Assembly: GCA_000091205.1 (NCBI GenBank)
Contig: AP006484.2
Direction: 5' to 3' (one strand)
DNA: 64,000 nucleotides
Source: Cyanidioschyzon merolae
Lineage: Eukaryota
Shown: in pieces, positions 54,284 to 64,000 of the stretch
How positions within the stretch are numbered: the first letter of the stretch is position 1
Layout of the letters: every line of letters starts with the position of its first letter
The notes under the pieces: model-generated
Seen by the model: only the letters and a program-made list of their open reading frames with translations
What the model was told of the DNA's origin: nothing
Database searches by the model: none
Translations under genes and position numbers: made by a program

Positions 54284-55867
54284 CTAGAAGATCGAGTCGG
54301 CTAAAGCACCCAAATACTGAGCCATTTTCTCATTCTTTGCAGTACCATCCCCATCCTTGTACATAATGGACAAAAAACGCGTCGCAGGGAGGCTGCCAAG
54401 CTCATGTGCAGCTTGAAGAACAAAAAATGCATGTTTCGCATTTCGCTGGATTCCTAGACCATGATAAACCATCATCCCAGCGGTGTAAAGGCAGTCAGCT
54501 GCGGACTGTATGTTCTGCTCCTCCGCGTGGATCTGTGCTGCGTCAAAGAAGAGTCGCAACGCCTTTTCATAGTCGCGCTCCACCTCGAATTTGCCCGCAT
54601 ATATCGCCTCTGCGAGAAACTGCATTGCACCTGCATGTTCGAGATCAGCTGCGATCGCAATATGATGGTGAAATCGTTTCAAACTCAGAGCGATAGGGCC
54701 GTCATATACTTCGTGCAGGAGCGTGCCGCAGAAGATGCGTGCGAGGACAAAGTGTGCATCTGGGTGACCTTTGGAAGCTGCTTTCTGGAGTTGGTCCATA
54801 CCCTTTGCATAGTCGATGTCTTGTCCGAGATCTCCCATGATATATATGCAACCCAACTCATGTTCAGCGTGCATGTCCCCCATATTGGCAGCATGTTTGA
54901 GACATCCCAAGGCCTTTGCAATATTCGACGGTTTTGTTTCTCTGTAGTAGGCCGCCAGCTGTACATATGCGTTCAAGTCGCCTTCATCGGCTGCCTCCTC
55001 TAATAACTTCAGCGCTTTGGCTGGATCAGCCCTTACTGGGTGGATGCCTTCCAAGAAGAAAGCCGCGAGGGCAGTTTTCGCTTCGGCAACTCCCGAACCC
55101 GCTGCCAACTGAACATAATGAAAAGACTTGTCATAAAGATCGTCTAAACTATCTCCAACGCTTCTCCGGCCTTCCGCGTCTTCTGATTCAGCTGAAGGCA
55201 GAGACTCGGTGCCGATTGTGATACGCGCCCTCTGCAACTCATTCCGCAGAGCGTCGGGAAACGCCGTAAGATTCGAGTCACGCATTACTGATGAAGCGAG
55301 TGCACGCAAGTCTCCAATAAATGCTGCATTCTGTTCCCGCGCTTGCAATGTTGCCTGTTCCTGATATGTTAAACCTAGAAGGTATTGAGCATGTGGGAAG
55401 CCTGCTGCGGCTGGTAACCGCAGAAGCTCTCGCAGCTCCTTAAGATCTTGAGTGCTCCTTCGCGGCTTTTTAAAATACTTCACTAGAGCGTAGGCCACCC
55501 GCGCGGTGGCGCTTGAGAGTGACATAGCCTGGTTGTCGTCGGATATATACTGTTGCGCAAACGCAAGCGCTTCCTCACGGCCCCGTTTCTCGAGGAGCTC
55601 ATCGAAAACTTTTTCCGAAAAGATGCGGTGCTCCTCACCTAGTGTGCTGAGATAGCGTTTTAAGCTTCTTACACTGAACTCTGTGCGAGCGCTATCCTTC
55701 TGGAACCCTGTGTAGCGCAGAGCCGAGTGAAACGAACGGGCAGCACCGAGCTCCCTCGCAGTTTGGGCAACAGTACGCGAACTTGGCCTGCTGTTACACA
55801 AGACAAGTAGCCGCTTACCAATAATTGCCAACCGATTTGCACAAATACGGCTCATTAGCTTTGCCAT
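54284..55867 (-). CDS. Sel1-like repeat (SLR/TPR-like) protein
   Basis: Multiple roughly 36-aa Sel1 repeats (A..YxLGxxY...G.G...D...A..WY..AA..G...A) through the C-terminal two-thirds, e.g. AYVQLAAYYRETKPSNIAKALGCLKHAANMGDMHAEHELGCIY and DYAKGMDQLQKAASKGHPDAHFVLARIF. Confidence 0.65.
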   Translation of the reverse strand: MAKLMSRICANRLAIIGKRLLVLCNSRPSSRTVAQTARELGAARSFHSALRYTGFQKDSARTEFSVRSLKRYLSTLGEEHRIFSEKVFDELLEKRGREEALAFAQQYISDDNQAMSLSSATARVAYALVKYFKKPRRSTQDLKELRELLRLPAAAGFPHAQYLLGLTYQEQATLQAREQNAAFIGDLRALASSVMRDSNLTAFPDALRNELQRARITIGTESLPSAESEDAEGRRSVGDSLDDLYDKSFHYVQLAAGSGVAEAKTALAAFFLEGIHPVRADPAKALKLLEEAADEGDLNAYVQLAAYYRETKPSNIAKALGCLKHAANMGDMHAEHELGCIYIMGDLGQDIDYAKGMDQLQKAASKGHPDAHFVLARIFCGTLLHEVYDGPIALSLKRFHHHIAIAADLEHAGAMQFLAEAIYAGKFEVERDYEKALRLFFDAAQIHAEEQNIQSAADCLYTAGMMVYHGLGIQRNAKHAFFVLQAAHELGSLPATRFLSIMYKDGDGTAKNEKMAQYLGALADSIF

Positions 55868-55941
55868 TGTGCAAGCCCGTCGGGGGCTACTGAAAACATT
55901 CTGAAAAACGAGTCACTAGTGTTCTATATTGAAGTGTTGAA

Positions 55942-57290
55942 GTTTTTCATCTCAATTTTGTCGCACCCGCGCTGCGGTGCGTACAAAGAGTGATCGAAAT
56001 GACTATGCAAGATACCATAGATATCGAGGTCGGATTGTCCGTAAGTTACATTCTTTACTAAACCGTGCATGGATCGCTGCATTCCTCCTTCAGGTACGTA
56101 TACCATAATATTCAGATGGTTGAGAAGCACTGAAAGAAAGAAGTATATGCACTCCGCGTCGAAAAGCGATATTTCCAGCGACTACTTGGTGGCGATGCTA
56201 GAAAATAACCCGTGGATCGAGTTAGGGAAAGCAAAACCTGCGATAATGGCTGCCACAGGCGTCCTTCTTTCCCACAAGCTTGTTCGTGTGATCCTAGAAC
56301 ACTGGGATACAGTCTCAAAGAACGAGTCCTAGTTCATGCGCGGCCATCATCCACCGAAATCGGAACTATAGTGTTCCTGGCACGACGCGATCCGTAGAAA
56401 GCAGAAGATCGTCGGTTTGTTTTTTCAGTCGATGAGACTTGCTTCGGACGACACGGTCGGAGCGTATATGGGCGTTCGTGGAGCAGGGCACCCATTGTGT
56501 GTATCATCTAACTCGAAGAGAACGATCACATCATCATCTGTTCTAGATGCAGTGGATTCATTTGGCGGCCTCAGTTTCGCTCGTGGTGGAGGCTCATGCA
56601 ACAGCACCCTCTTCTTTGAATCATTGAAGACTTTTCCCTGATGTCAAGCGTAGTCCTGCTATCGGACAGCGTGACATTTTACCATTCCCTTGCGATCGAG
56701 CCTCTGCCGATTTTATCCGGATAGGTCTGCTTGCCATTCCTCCGTGCTCTCCGTGACTAAACCCCATCGAAGAAGCGCTTTCTATCGTGAAACGTAACCA
56801 TCGCTCCATTGGGTGAAGCGCTGAAGCGTTCAGCACACGGTGACACACCAGGGCACATGTCGTCTCGCTTCCGCAAGTCCTTCTTGATCCGTGAAGATCC
56901 TCACTTAAGGGCATGAAGAAGTGTGTTCGTTTTGAAGAAATACAATACCCGAGAGATGAGCTGGGGTGCACACTTCAGAACGTCGAGATGAAGAAAAGCC
57001 AGCGGAGCGCTTCGCTGGTAGAAAAGCACGGAGTGTTGAGAGAGCAGCAAATGGCGCAGACGGCACGTGTTCGAGGAATCCCGCCACAGTTGTGCTCAAC
57101 GAGAGGCAAAAAAAACGCATGAAATTCTTGAACCGAGACTTCAATGCCGCTATCAATTTCAGACGGTGTGCGTTGCTGAAGACGGAACCCGAGGAGCTGA
57201 GGAGGTATAACTTTGTGCGGCAGCCTCTCCCGGCGGAAGTCTATGAGGTGAAGATGAAAACGATAGCAGTGGGCCGGTTGAAAGAGACTT
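55942..57290 (+). mobile_element. Rep2b: second copy of TnpB/Fanzor-like element copy F/G (subfamily 2), offset +14,010 bp from Rep2a, truncated at the 3-prime end
   Basis: All ORF-track translations are identical to the 41932-43290 set. Similarity to Rep2a ends at GRLKET, after which this copy reads WRRL* (stop at 57302-57304) while Rep2a continues into diverged 3-prime-region sequence. Confidence 0.65.
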
Positions 57291-57585
57291 GGAGGCGCCT
57301 CTGACTAAGTGTTATTTTAATCTTCCTGGTGGTGGAATGTTTTTAGTTTTACTGAGCCTATGGTGCAGATTCCACGATGATTTCGGATACGATTTTTCGT
57401 CGTTGCACTTGCGAGGGTGCACCGGTCAGAAGTAGAGCCGCGAACTTTCCGCTGTTTAAGACGCCGAATAAGTTTCCGTGGGTAGAAGGGCATCGTTTGC
57501 TTCTTTGTGTCGACCGGCCAAAAGAGTGGAGCCTGTGAGAGGTACGTCCACCACGACGAGGGATCTGTAGGGCAGAAGCCTGCCA

Positions 57586-59982
57586 ATGTCTGCAGAGAGT
57601 GTCCGGCGGCCGGAATCGGCGGTTTCGTCGGGAACCCCTCCAGAAGAACATTTTCCGACAGCTGCAGGTGCGTCTTCCCCGACTGTGACCACTCAGCTTG
57701 GTGAGAGAGGGGAACTTAGTACCGGAACCACGAGCCGAAGGTCAGTGTGTCCCCTTTTGAGTGGAGAAGATGCAGCCCCAGCACTTTCGCCCGAGTTCAG
57801 TGCTAGACACCTGGCAAGCGAGCTATTGCTGGAATCACAAATGGGATTGGACTATTCTGGACCAGAAGCTTCAAGGCAGGAAGTGGATTCGTTGAAAATC
57901 GTACCTGATTCGACGGAAGGTTTGGTACCACACGTCGAAGAACATGAACGCAGTTGGATGGTTCCTGCAAGGAACGGGAGCGCTCCTGGATCTCAAGAGG
58001 CTGAGAATTTACCGGGTGGAAGCTCCCCTAAAGAGCACGACTTTCTTTCTGATCTGTTGGCTGACCTTCATGCAGAGGCTGGTGCGAATAAGAAAAGTAC
58101 ACTGGAGCATCGCTTGCCTCATCGATCTCATGATGAGCAGCATCATACTCTGAACGCGTGGGATTTTGCGGCTCTTTACGGTGATGCCACCCCTGATGTC
58201 GTTGCTGCGATTATTTCATCAAGTGAGGGCCTTGTACCGGACGACGGGAGTATTCGACCAGAGACAATATTTTCAATGAGCGACGGCAACCAGGTCATAG
58301 TTCGGGGCGCATCGGATTCTCTGCAGGATCAAAATTGGCTCAACGAAACTTTATACCTCCAGATATCTACGGATCCATCGCATAGTGGATTTCAGTACGC
58401 CGCGAGGCCGCGGAGCAGCTCCAGCATTGGAGACGAGCACTCTCAGTTCTCTATCGGCTGTAGTCCCCTTGTCCAAGAGGTAACCTCGTCCCAGTGCACG
58501 GTGGGTAACTCGAAGAGGGGCGATGTGGAAGCGGATCTGTCTGGTGAAGGTTTGCATCAAATGCTCCTTGGGGAACGTGTTAGAACCAGTTCGTTTCATA
58601 TACCCGGTCACGATACTGGGAATCAGTGTCCAAAGTCCTGGAATTTTATTCGGGGAGAATCCGGCTCGTCCGGAATGCCAGAAGTGCGCCGTGATCCGTT
58701 GGTGGTCGTTCAAAACCCGAAACGCCGTCGCAGGCTAAAAGACCAGCCCAGTGACGACCTGGAGTCAAATCAGCACTCCGTGCATGAACCGAGCCCTGAG
58801 CGAAAAGATCGAAATGACCCACCTAGCAGTTTAGAATGGTGTCACATAGAAGCGTTGAAGACCAAACTCGGGCTTCCAAAAGCTCGGCTTGAACAACACC
58901 CTCTACTGGGACATTTTCAGATGCGTTCTGTCGATAACATTGTTGAGGACCGCCTGCATGATAGACCGTTATCAGAGAGAGGTTTGTGTCTCGGAAGTGA
59001 AAACTTCCCAATCCCTGAAACCGAGAAGATTGAGCCAGAATTTTCTGGAAATGGAACAGTCAACGAAACAGGCAGTTTGGGCGCGGAGAGCGGCAAGCTG
59101 GCGGATTCGGCCTCCATTATGCGAAAGCGGCGCCTTGTGTGGACACCGCAGCTGCACGAACGATTTGTCAAAGCAGTGAATTTGATCGGCGTAGACCAAG
59201 CCATGCCCAAGATACTCGTCAGTTTAATGAATGTGGAAGGCCTCACCCCAGAGCACGTGAAGAGTCACCTGCAGAAGTACAGGCGTAATCTTCGCCGAGC
59301 CAAGAGTGAACAGAGAACTGTGGAGTCTCTGGCAAATTCCGATACGGCTCGCCATGAGCAAACCCAGTTGGCGGCGACGCTGAAAGATGATACTGAACCA
59401 CTAGGTACGTCATCACCGTTACATTTGCAGTTGGGAGCGATTGAGCAACCAGGATCTGGAGAACCGTTCGAAGCGCGCCGTGGAGTTGCCGACAATGTGC
59501 ACGACTCCGTTACAAAAGTAGCGGATGCCTGCGCGGGAGAAGATTCCACTGTTTCGCATAGAGGCTACGCTAATTTTAAGCAGAACAAGGAGGATGATTT
59601 TACAAGAGACTTGAATTCCCACGAAACAAACGCTTTTGTCTTGAAAGGCCAGAACTGTAATCAAGCTCGGTTCGACGAAACTGACTTTGAGAATACCTCC
59701 CGAAATATCAGCGCAGGAGAGGTGACAAGCGAAGCCCAAAGGCCTGCCTCACTGCAGTGCAAGGAACGAATGAACGCGAACACACTTTCGCAGTGTCTGT
59801 TGTCCGCTAAGGCTCGTATGTCGGATTTACTTAAGCAGCAAATAGATCTTCTAAGAGAAATGAGGCTTTGCGATGCGCCGCACCGCGAAAAGTTGCAAGC
59901 AAAATGTGAAGCTCTTGAAAGCGCTTTGGCAGATATCGAGGGAATGCTAGAGCTGGGAGTAGAGGGTCATTTGAGCGAGTGA
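57586..59982 (+). CDS. GARP/G2-like (SHAQKYF-class) MYB transcription factor with C-terminal coiled coil (MYB-CC, PHR1-like architecture)
   Basis: Myb-like domain at about 59122-59289 (KRRLVWTPQLHERFVKAVNLIGVDQAMPKILVSLMNVEGLTPEHVKSHLQKYR). C-terminal heptad region LKQQIDLLREMRL...LQAKCEALESALADIEGMLE. Rest of the protein is low complexity. Confidence 0.7.
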   Translation: MSAESVRRPESAVSSGTPPEEHFPTAAGASSPTVTTQLGERGELSTGTTSRRSVCPLLSGEDAAPALSPEFSARHLASELLLESQMGLDYSGPEASRQEVDSLKIVPDSTEGLVPHVEEHERSWMVPARNGSAPGSQEAENLPGGSSPKEHDFLSDLLADLHAEAGANKKSTLEHRLPHRSHDEQHHTLNAWDFAALYGDATPDVVAAIISSSEGLVPDDGSIRPETIFSMSDGNQVIVRGASDSLQDQNWLNETLYLQISTDPSHSGFQYAARPRSSSSIGDEHSQFSIGCSPLVQEVTSSQCTVGNSKRGDVEADLSGEGLHQMLLGERVRTSSFHIPGHDTGNQCPKSWNFIRGESGSSGMPEVRRDPLVVVQNPKRRRRLKDQPSDDLESNQHSVHEPSPERKDRNDPPSSLEWCHIEALKTKLGLPKARLEQHPLLGHFQMRSVDNIVEDRLHDRPLSERGLCLGSENFPIPETEKIEPEFSGNGTVNETGSLGAESGKLADSASIMRKRRLVWTPQLHERFVKAVNLIGVDQAMPKILVSLMNVEGLTPEHVKSHLQKYRRNLRRAKSEQRTVESLANSDTARHEQTQLAATLKDDTEPLGTSSPLHLQLGAIEQPGSGEPFEARRGVADNVHDSVTKVADACAGEDSTVSHRGYANFKQNKEDDFTRDLNSHETNAFVLKGQNCNQARFDETDFENTSRNISAGEVTSEAQRPASLQCKERMNANTLSQCLLSAKARMSDLLKQQIDLLREMRLCDAPHREKLQAKCEALESALADIEGMLELGVEGHLSE

Positions 59983-61249
59983 GTGCTTCGACCTCTATCG
60001 AGGTATTGTAATCCTTAGATATTGTCAGACTGACGGCTGAGGCGGAACTGCTTACAGCAGCAAATCTCTGCCCTTCGGCACGCTTACACCAGTGCAAGCT
60101 CTTGTATCTGTAACGGCATCTGCTGTGTCTCTTCTTCGTGTTTTCCCGCAGGAACTCGACAAAAAGATTTCACCCCGTACATTCGAGAAAGGTCACGTAA
60201 GCACTACATGATGTCAGTGCTTGCATTTGAAAAACGAACTTACTTTCACATGCAAGTCATTCTACGAACGGCGGGTACAGGAACCACCCTTCTCGTAGTC
60301 CACATACTACGTGGTGTGCATCCAAAATAGAACTTATCAAACTCGCTATCGACGACTGTTTCCTCGTCAATCCTTTCCGTGCGATACGTTCTTCACGAAA
60401 CGCTACCAAGGAAGCAACAGTGCGGCAACTTTACGCAACGCTGATACGAACGGTGGAGAACAGACACGGATGGAAAAAGTAAGATGTATGCCTCTATGGG
60501 AGAGCGGTGCGCGTTGCTCACCGAACTATCAGAGTCGCACCCAAATACAAAAGCTTATTGCCGCAGCAACGAATGTTCGTCTCACTCGACGAGACTTCAG
60601 ACGTAGTAGATCTGCATGAGGGCACTCGAAGAGGGCCCCATTGTCGCCCGTGCAGAATAGACGAGCGAGCATTCCGACAACGTCAGCCCTGGCGATGATT
60701 CCACTGCTTGGTCGCCTACGAATCGAGAAAAGCACAGGGTAGTTCGGCAACGCTTCTCGTCACCTAAGCAGTTCGTGGCTCCCCGTTACCGCTATCTTCC
60801 ATCCTGCTCTTTTACAGCGTTGCTTTCCGTCATCCAAAGGCGGTCCAGGAGCACGTGCCCGAGACTGGCATTGAGCGACTATTTGTGCCTGCCGATTCTC
60901 CGAGATTCGATCCTATGAAAGGCATCTTCTCTGCTGAGAAACGCCAATATACGCTCCCGGATCGATAGTCGAGTCGTTCGCATCCGTGGAACCGTCCGTC
61001 GACGAGTCCTTCCGTGCTGGTACTATCCCGGAACTGGGCTGCTGACCCTCTGCTCGAGCCAGGAAGTGAGCGGAAGGGCTCGCTTCGGTCGCACCGCCGG
61101 CCCAGTACCAGTGAGTCCCGAGGGATAACATTCGGATGTAGCGTATAGGAGAAAAACCCACGGAGAGACGAGATCAACCTGCAACCATGGTCAAGGCACT
61201 CCTACGAAAACACATCACCTGGTAGAATCTCTCCCAAAGTGAGACGCTG

Positions 61250-62200
61250 GACGTTGTTTAGCGAAAAATGCCTCCTACTCTGGGAAGATTCGTCTTCCTT
61301 CTCTCGCCTTGACACACATCCTCAAGCGACTGTTGGTAGGATTGTAGGAGACAGGACGGGCAGCTGTCCAGAGTCTGCCGTTACGTATTCAGTCCAACCC
61401 TGGTGCGACAACTGATGCTCTCGATGGAAGACGGAATACATACCCGGCTTTTCTATGGCTGTATCTCATCGAGAGTCGGGCATGTTCGACGCTACGAGGC
61501 GCACCAGCAAGCGGAATGTCGGCGTCACGACCTGTCTTGACACACTGGGCTTCGCATCGAGCAGGGAATGATGCTCCAGACGCCTCTCATAGAGTATACA
61601 TGATCGTCCGGATGGGTCATACGGGCGCACTTTGGCTAAAGCACATGCATCCGTGTTGAGGTCGCCAACGTTTCCGGTTATTCGGAGGGGAAAAACGTGC
61701 ACTCGCAACTCTCTCGTTGCATTCGATGAGGAATTGGCAGACGTGTTGCGTCTGTTCTTTGGTTGTAGCCTACGGCGCTGGATATGCTGTTGGGCGCGAG
61801 GGTCGCACTCGTGCCGCATGTGGAGCACACAAAGAGTGCAGCAACCCATGCTGCACGATGCCCGTCTTTGCGTACAGGACGGCATACATATATTGCGAGC
61901 ACAGGTGCGCACTGAAACCTGCACGGGAGAAGAGCGTGAATCGACGCTGGATGCACGGGATGTCGCACAAAAAGCTGACCGAAGGTCAGGTTACGAGAAC
62001 ATTGACCGTGGGCGGCTTGGCTTGGTGTGATTCGACCAGGAACAACGCGCACAAGCACTTGCTGCAGCATGACTTGAAGGTTTCGATCAGCAGTCGGGAC
62101 TATCCCACGCTTCCAAAGCGACCAGCGGCTTTATCTTCGGAGGAATTTGGAGGGAGTCCTTTCGCAGCTAGTGTGGGCATTGTGCTGGAACGCTGAAGGC
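61250..62200 (+). pseudogene. TnpB/Fanzor-like nuclease element, copy H, strongly diverged and degenerate
   Basis: ...IQSNPGATTDAL (RuvC-I-like)...SHRESGMFDA...LVVAYGAGYAVG...C..C...FAYRTAYIYCEHRCAL...LTEGQ..., colinear with the copy B motifs (VVGAEPGNT / YYRESEI / VVAYGVGQW / TCNEC / DEFRTSYTHHELGCTL / LTEGQ). Confidence 0.45.
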
Positions 62201-63639
62201 TTGCGATGAAGAAAAGCAGTATCGGCCAGGAGAGAGGGTCGGGTTTCCATCCGAAGCAACGCACAAGGATGATGTCGTCAGCGACCCAGATATGCTAGAG
62301 CGCCGAATGCGTACACCGAGAATGATTTACCATGGCAATCGGTGAAAGATAAATATGGTCCATTATTCGAAAATACTTAGAACAGTTGCATTCCCAATCT
62401 CGTCTCTATGAAAATCAGGAAGGAATTTGGTAACCACCACCATCAGCTATTACGAAGCACAGCATCTTCCGCTGAAAGGTCGCAATCCATATTTGAATCG
62501 AGCGGATTTCCTTTCGTTTGGTACACGAACAGACTCAGACGTGCGTGCTTCTCGGAAACCGTTTCATTCTTTGTGTCTGTGCAAAACTAGTAGCGAATTC
62601 CACATGCAAACATTTGCTCTTCTTCAGATACTCCCGCGTCTCTGAAGCAAGGATCGAGTTCGAGAAACATTACCCTAGTATTTTCTAGGAAGTCCGAGAG
62701 CCCCTAGGTTTCGAGAAAGACAAATTCTTTCAGTTATGTGAGCGACGTATCCAACCCCAATCTGCATACAATTCCTTCGTTATCAGCCATTGTTTCGTAC
62801 CAGCAAACGATACTTGTCTTCCAATCCCGCACCCCTCGCTCCTGCTCCTACAATTTCACCACTGGCATTTCTATTGACGATTGGGACTCTCTCTTGCATA
62901 CAAACAGTCCACGAGCTCTATTGCATCAGCATTCGCCATCCATCAAATCTGTCAAAGTGTCCTGACAGGCATATCGGCAGCGCGACGAATCCCAGTACAC
63001 TTGTTCACATTGCGGATCCGACACACTCAGATCTCTCCAGTGTGGGTAGGATATCGGCTGGCGTACAGTCAACTAGCCGTGCCATATTCGATCAGATGCG
63101 AGAAAGCCATCATAAACCGGGGAAGAGACTTCAGCTTCTTTGCAGAAGCTTCCTCGCTCCGCCGACATAGAGTCGAACTCAAAGCCGAAAGAGCGCCCGG
63201 ATCTGTCGAGCTACTCGCACGATGCTGATCCTGATATGAGTGCATGCGCCTATGCTGCATATGCCGATGCAACCTCCGCATTGAGATAGGACGATTTGAT
63301 TGAAGCCCTGCTTCGCAACTGGAGACTTGACCCCGGGTTTGTAGTCGGTCCAGGCGCCCGAAGAGGTGTATGGGGATCTCAACTGATTCCCAACAGCAGA
63401 CACGTTCCCAGGGAATGCAGGTTCGATGCATCGCTTGGGCGACACAAAACTGAGCGGGGAAAGCACAGCCATACGCATTTGTGCGGGCAGGGGCTCGAGT
63501 CGCCGTCCTCCTGTCGCGGTGTCGTGAAACATCACCGGTGCTGCGGCGGCGGCACGGCGCGCCTGGCCTCCGCGACAGGCTGCCCAACTGCGCCGCTCGC
63601 TCAATGGACATGAGATCTTGTTCAGGGATCGTGCTGTCG

Positions 63640-63870
63640 GGTCTAGCACATGCACTCAGCTCGTATGCTCGACGAACGTACAATCTCGTTCAGTTGCATT
63701 AAGTGAAGTTCTATTGCATGCACTCAGCTCGCATGCTCGACGAACATGCAATCTCGTTCAGGAGCACAAAGGAAAGGTCTACTGCATGCGAGCGACTCTT
63801 GTTTTGGACTAACATCCGAAATGGCTCTGGGGTACTGTGTCAAGGTCTCCTGCATGCGAGCGACTGTGTC
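63640..63870. repeat. Short tandem repeats (two roughly 63-bp units, then two roughly 45-bp units ending TGCATGCGAGCGACT)
   Basis: Direct reading: GCACTCAGCTCG(T/C)ATGCTCGACGAAC(G/A)T(A/G)CAATCTCGTTCAG occurs twice (63650-63770), then ...TGCATGCGAGCGACT(C/G)T occurs twice (63780-63870). Confidence 0.5.
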
Positions 63871-64000
63871 AGTTGATTCGACTTGTTTACGGCGAACAAG
63901 GGATGCCTGGCTTTTAATATGCGGCACACGAAACCTCTAACTTCTCTATTCATTACGCAATTGTTCTCGCAAATAATTGTCGCTGTATGTATCTGCGCTT

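Noticed and set aside
1-64000. CRISPR arrays, rRNA genes, prokaryotic operon structure
   Set aside because: None seen. The sequence is eukaryotic nuclear DNA. The short repeats present are dispersed element copies or simple tandem duplications, not regularly spaced repeat-spacer arrays.

Overview
This 64-kb window is eukaryotic nuclear DNA from an intron-poor genome. GC is roughly 53-55%, and the large multi-domain proteins are each encoded as single uninterrupted ORFs on alternating strands, about one gene per 4-5 kb. I can support 14 host genes. They are: an MPS1/TTK-type kinase; a TXNDC9/phosducin-like protein; a 1319-aa helical protein of unknown function; a GGCT + alpha/beta-hydrolase + acyltransferase (phytyl-ester-synthase-like) fusion; an RCC1-HECT (HERC-like) ubiquitin ligase; an ATAD2/Yta7-type AAA+bromodomain protein; a Kelch-propeller protein with a C-terminal transmembrane anchor; GRWD1/Rrb1; an SPX-domain protein; an SLC35F/EamA transporter; D-Tyr-tRNA deacylase; an IMP1/IMP2-type inner-membrane peptidase; a Sel1-repeat protein; and a GARP/MYB-CC (PHR1-like) transcription factor. 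The GARP Myb and the PES-like gene suggest a plastid-bearing or formerly plastid-bearing lineage (Archaeplastida or SAR); I cannot place it more precisely. The most unusual content lies between the genes: a dispersed family of at least 8 copies of an element encoding a TnpB/Fanzor-like RuvC plus zinc-ribbon nuclease. Every copy has the C-terminal D-x-N-A-A-x-N-I RuvC-III signature, a GIDPG-like RuvC-I and a TSxxCxxC zinc ribbon. All copies in this window are pseudogenised or truncated. They fall into two subfamilies, and each is followed by a conserved non-coding 3-prime module that is also found alone. Two pairs of nearly identical 1.35-1.4 kb direct repeats (offsets 7,953 and 14,010 bp) and a head-to-head inverted pair are all derived from this family. 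These are the candidate 'system': eukaryotic OMEGA/Fanzor-type RNA-guided nuclease elements and their non-autonomous derivatives, several of them sitting in promoter regions of host genes. No intact copy is present here.
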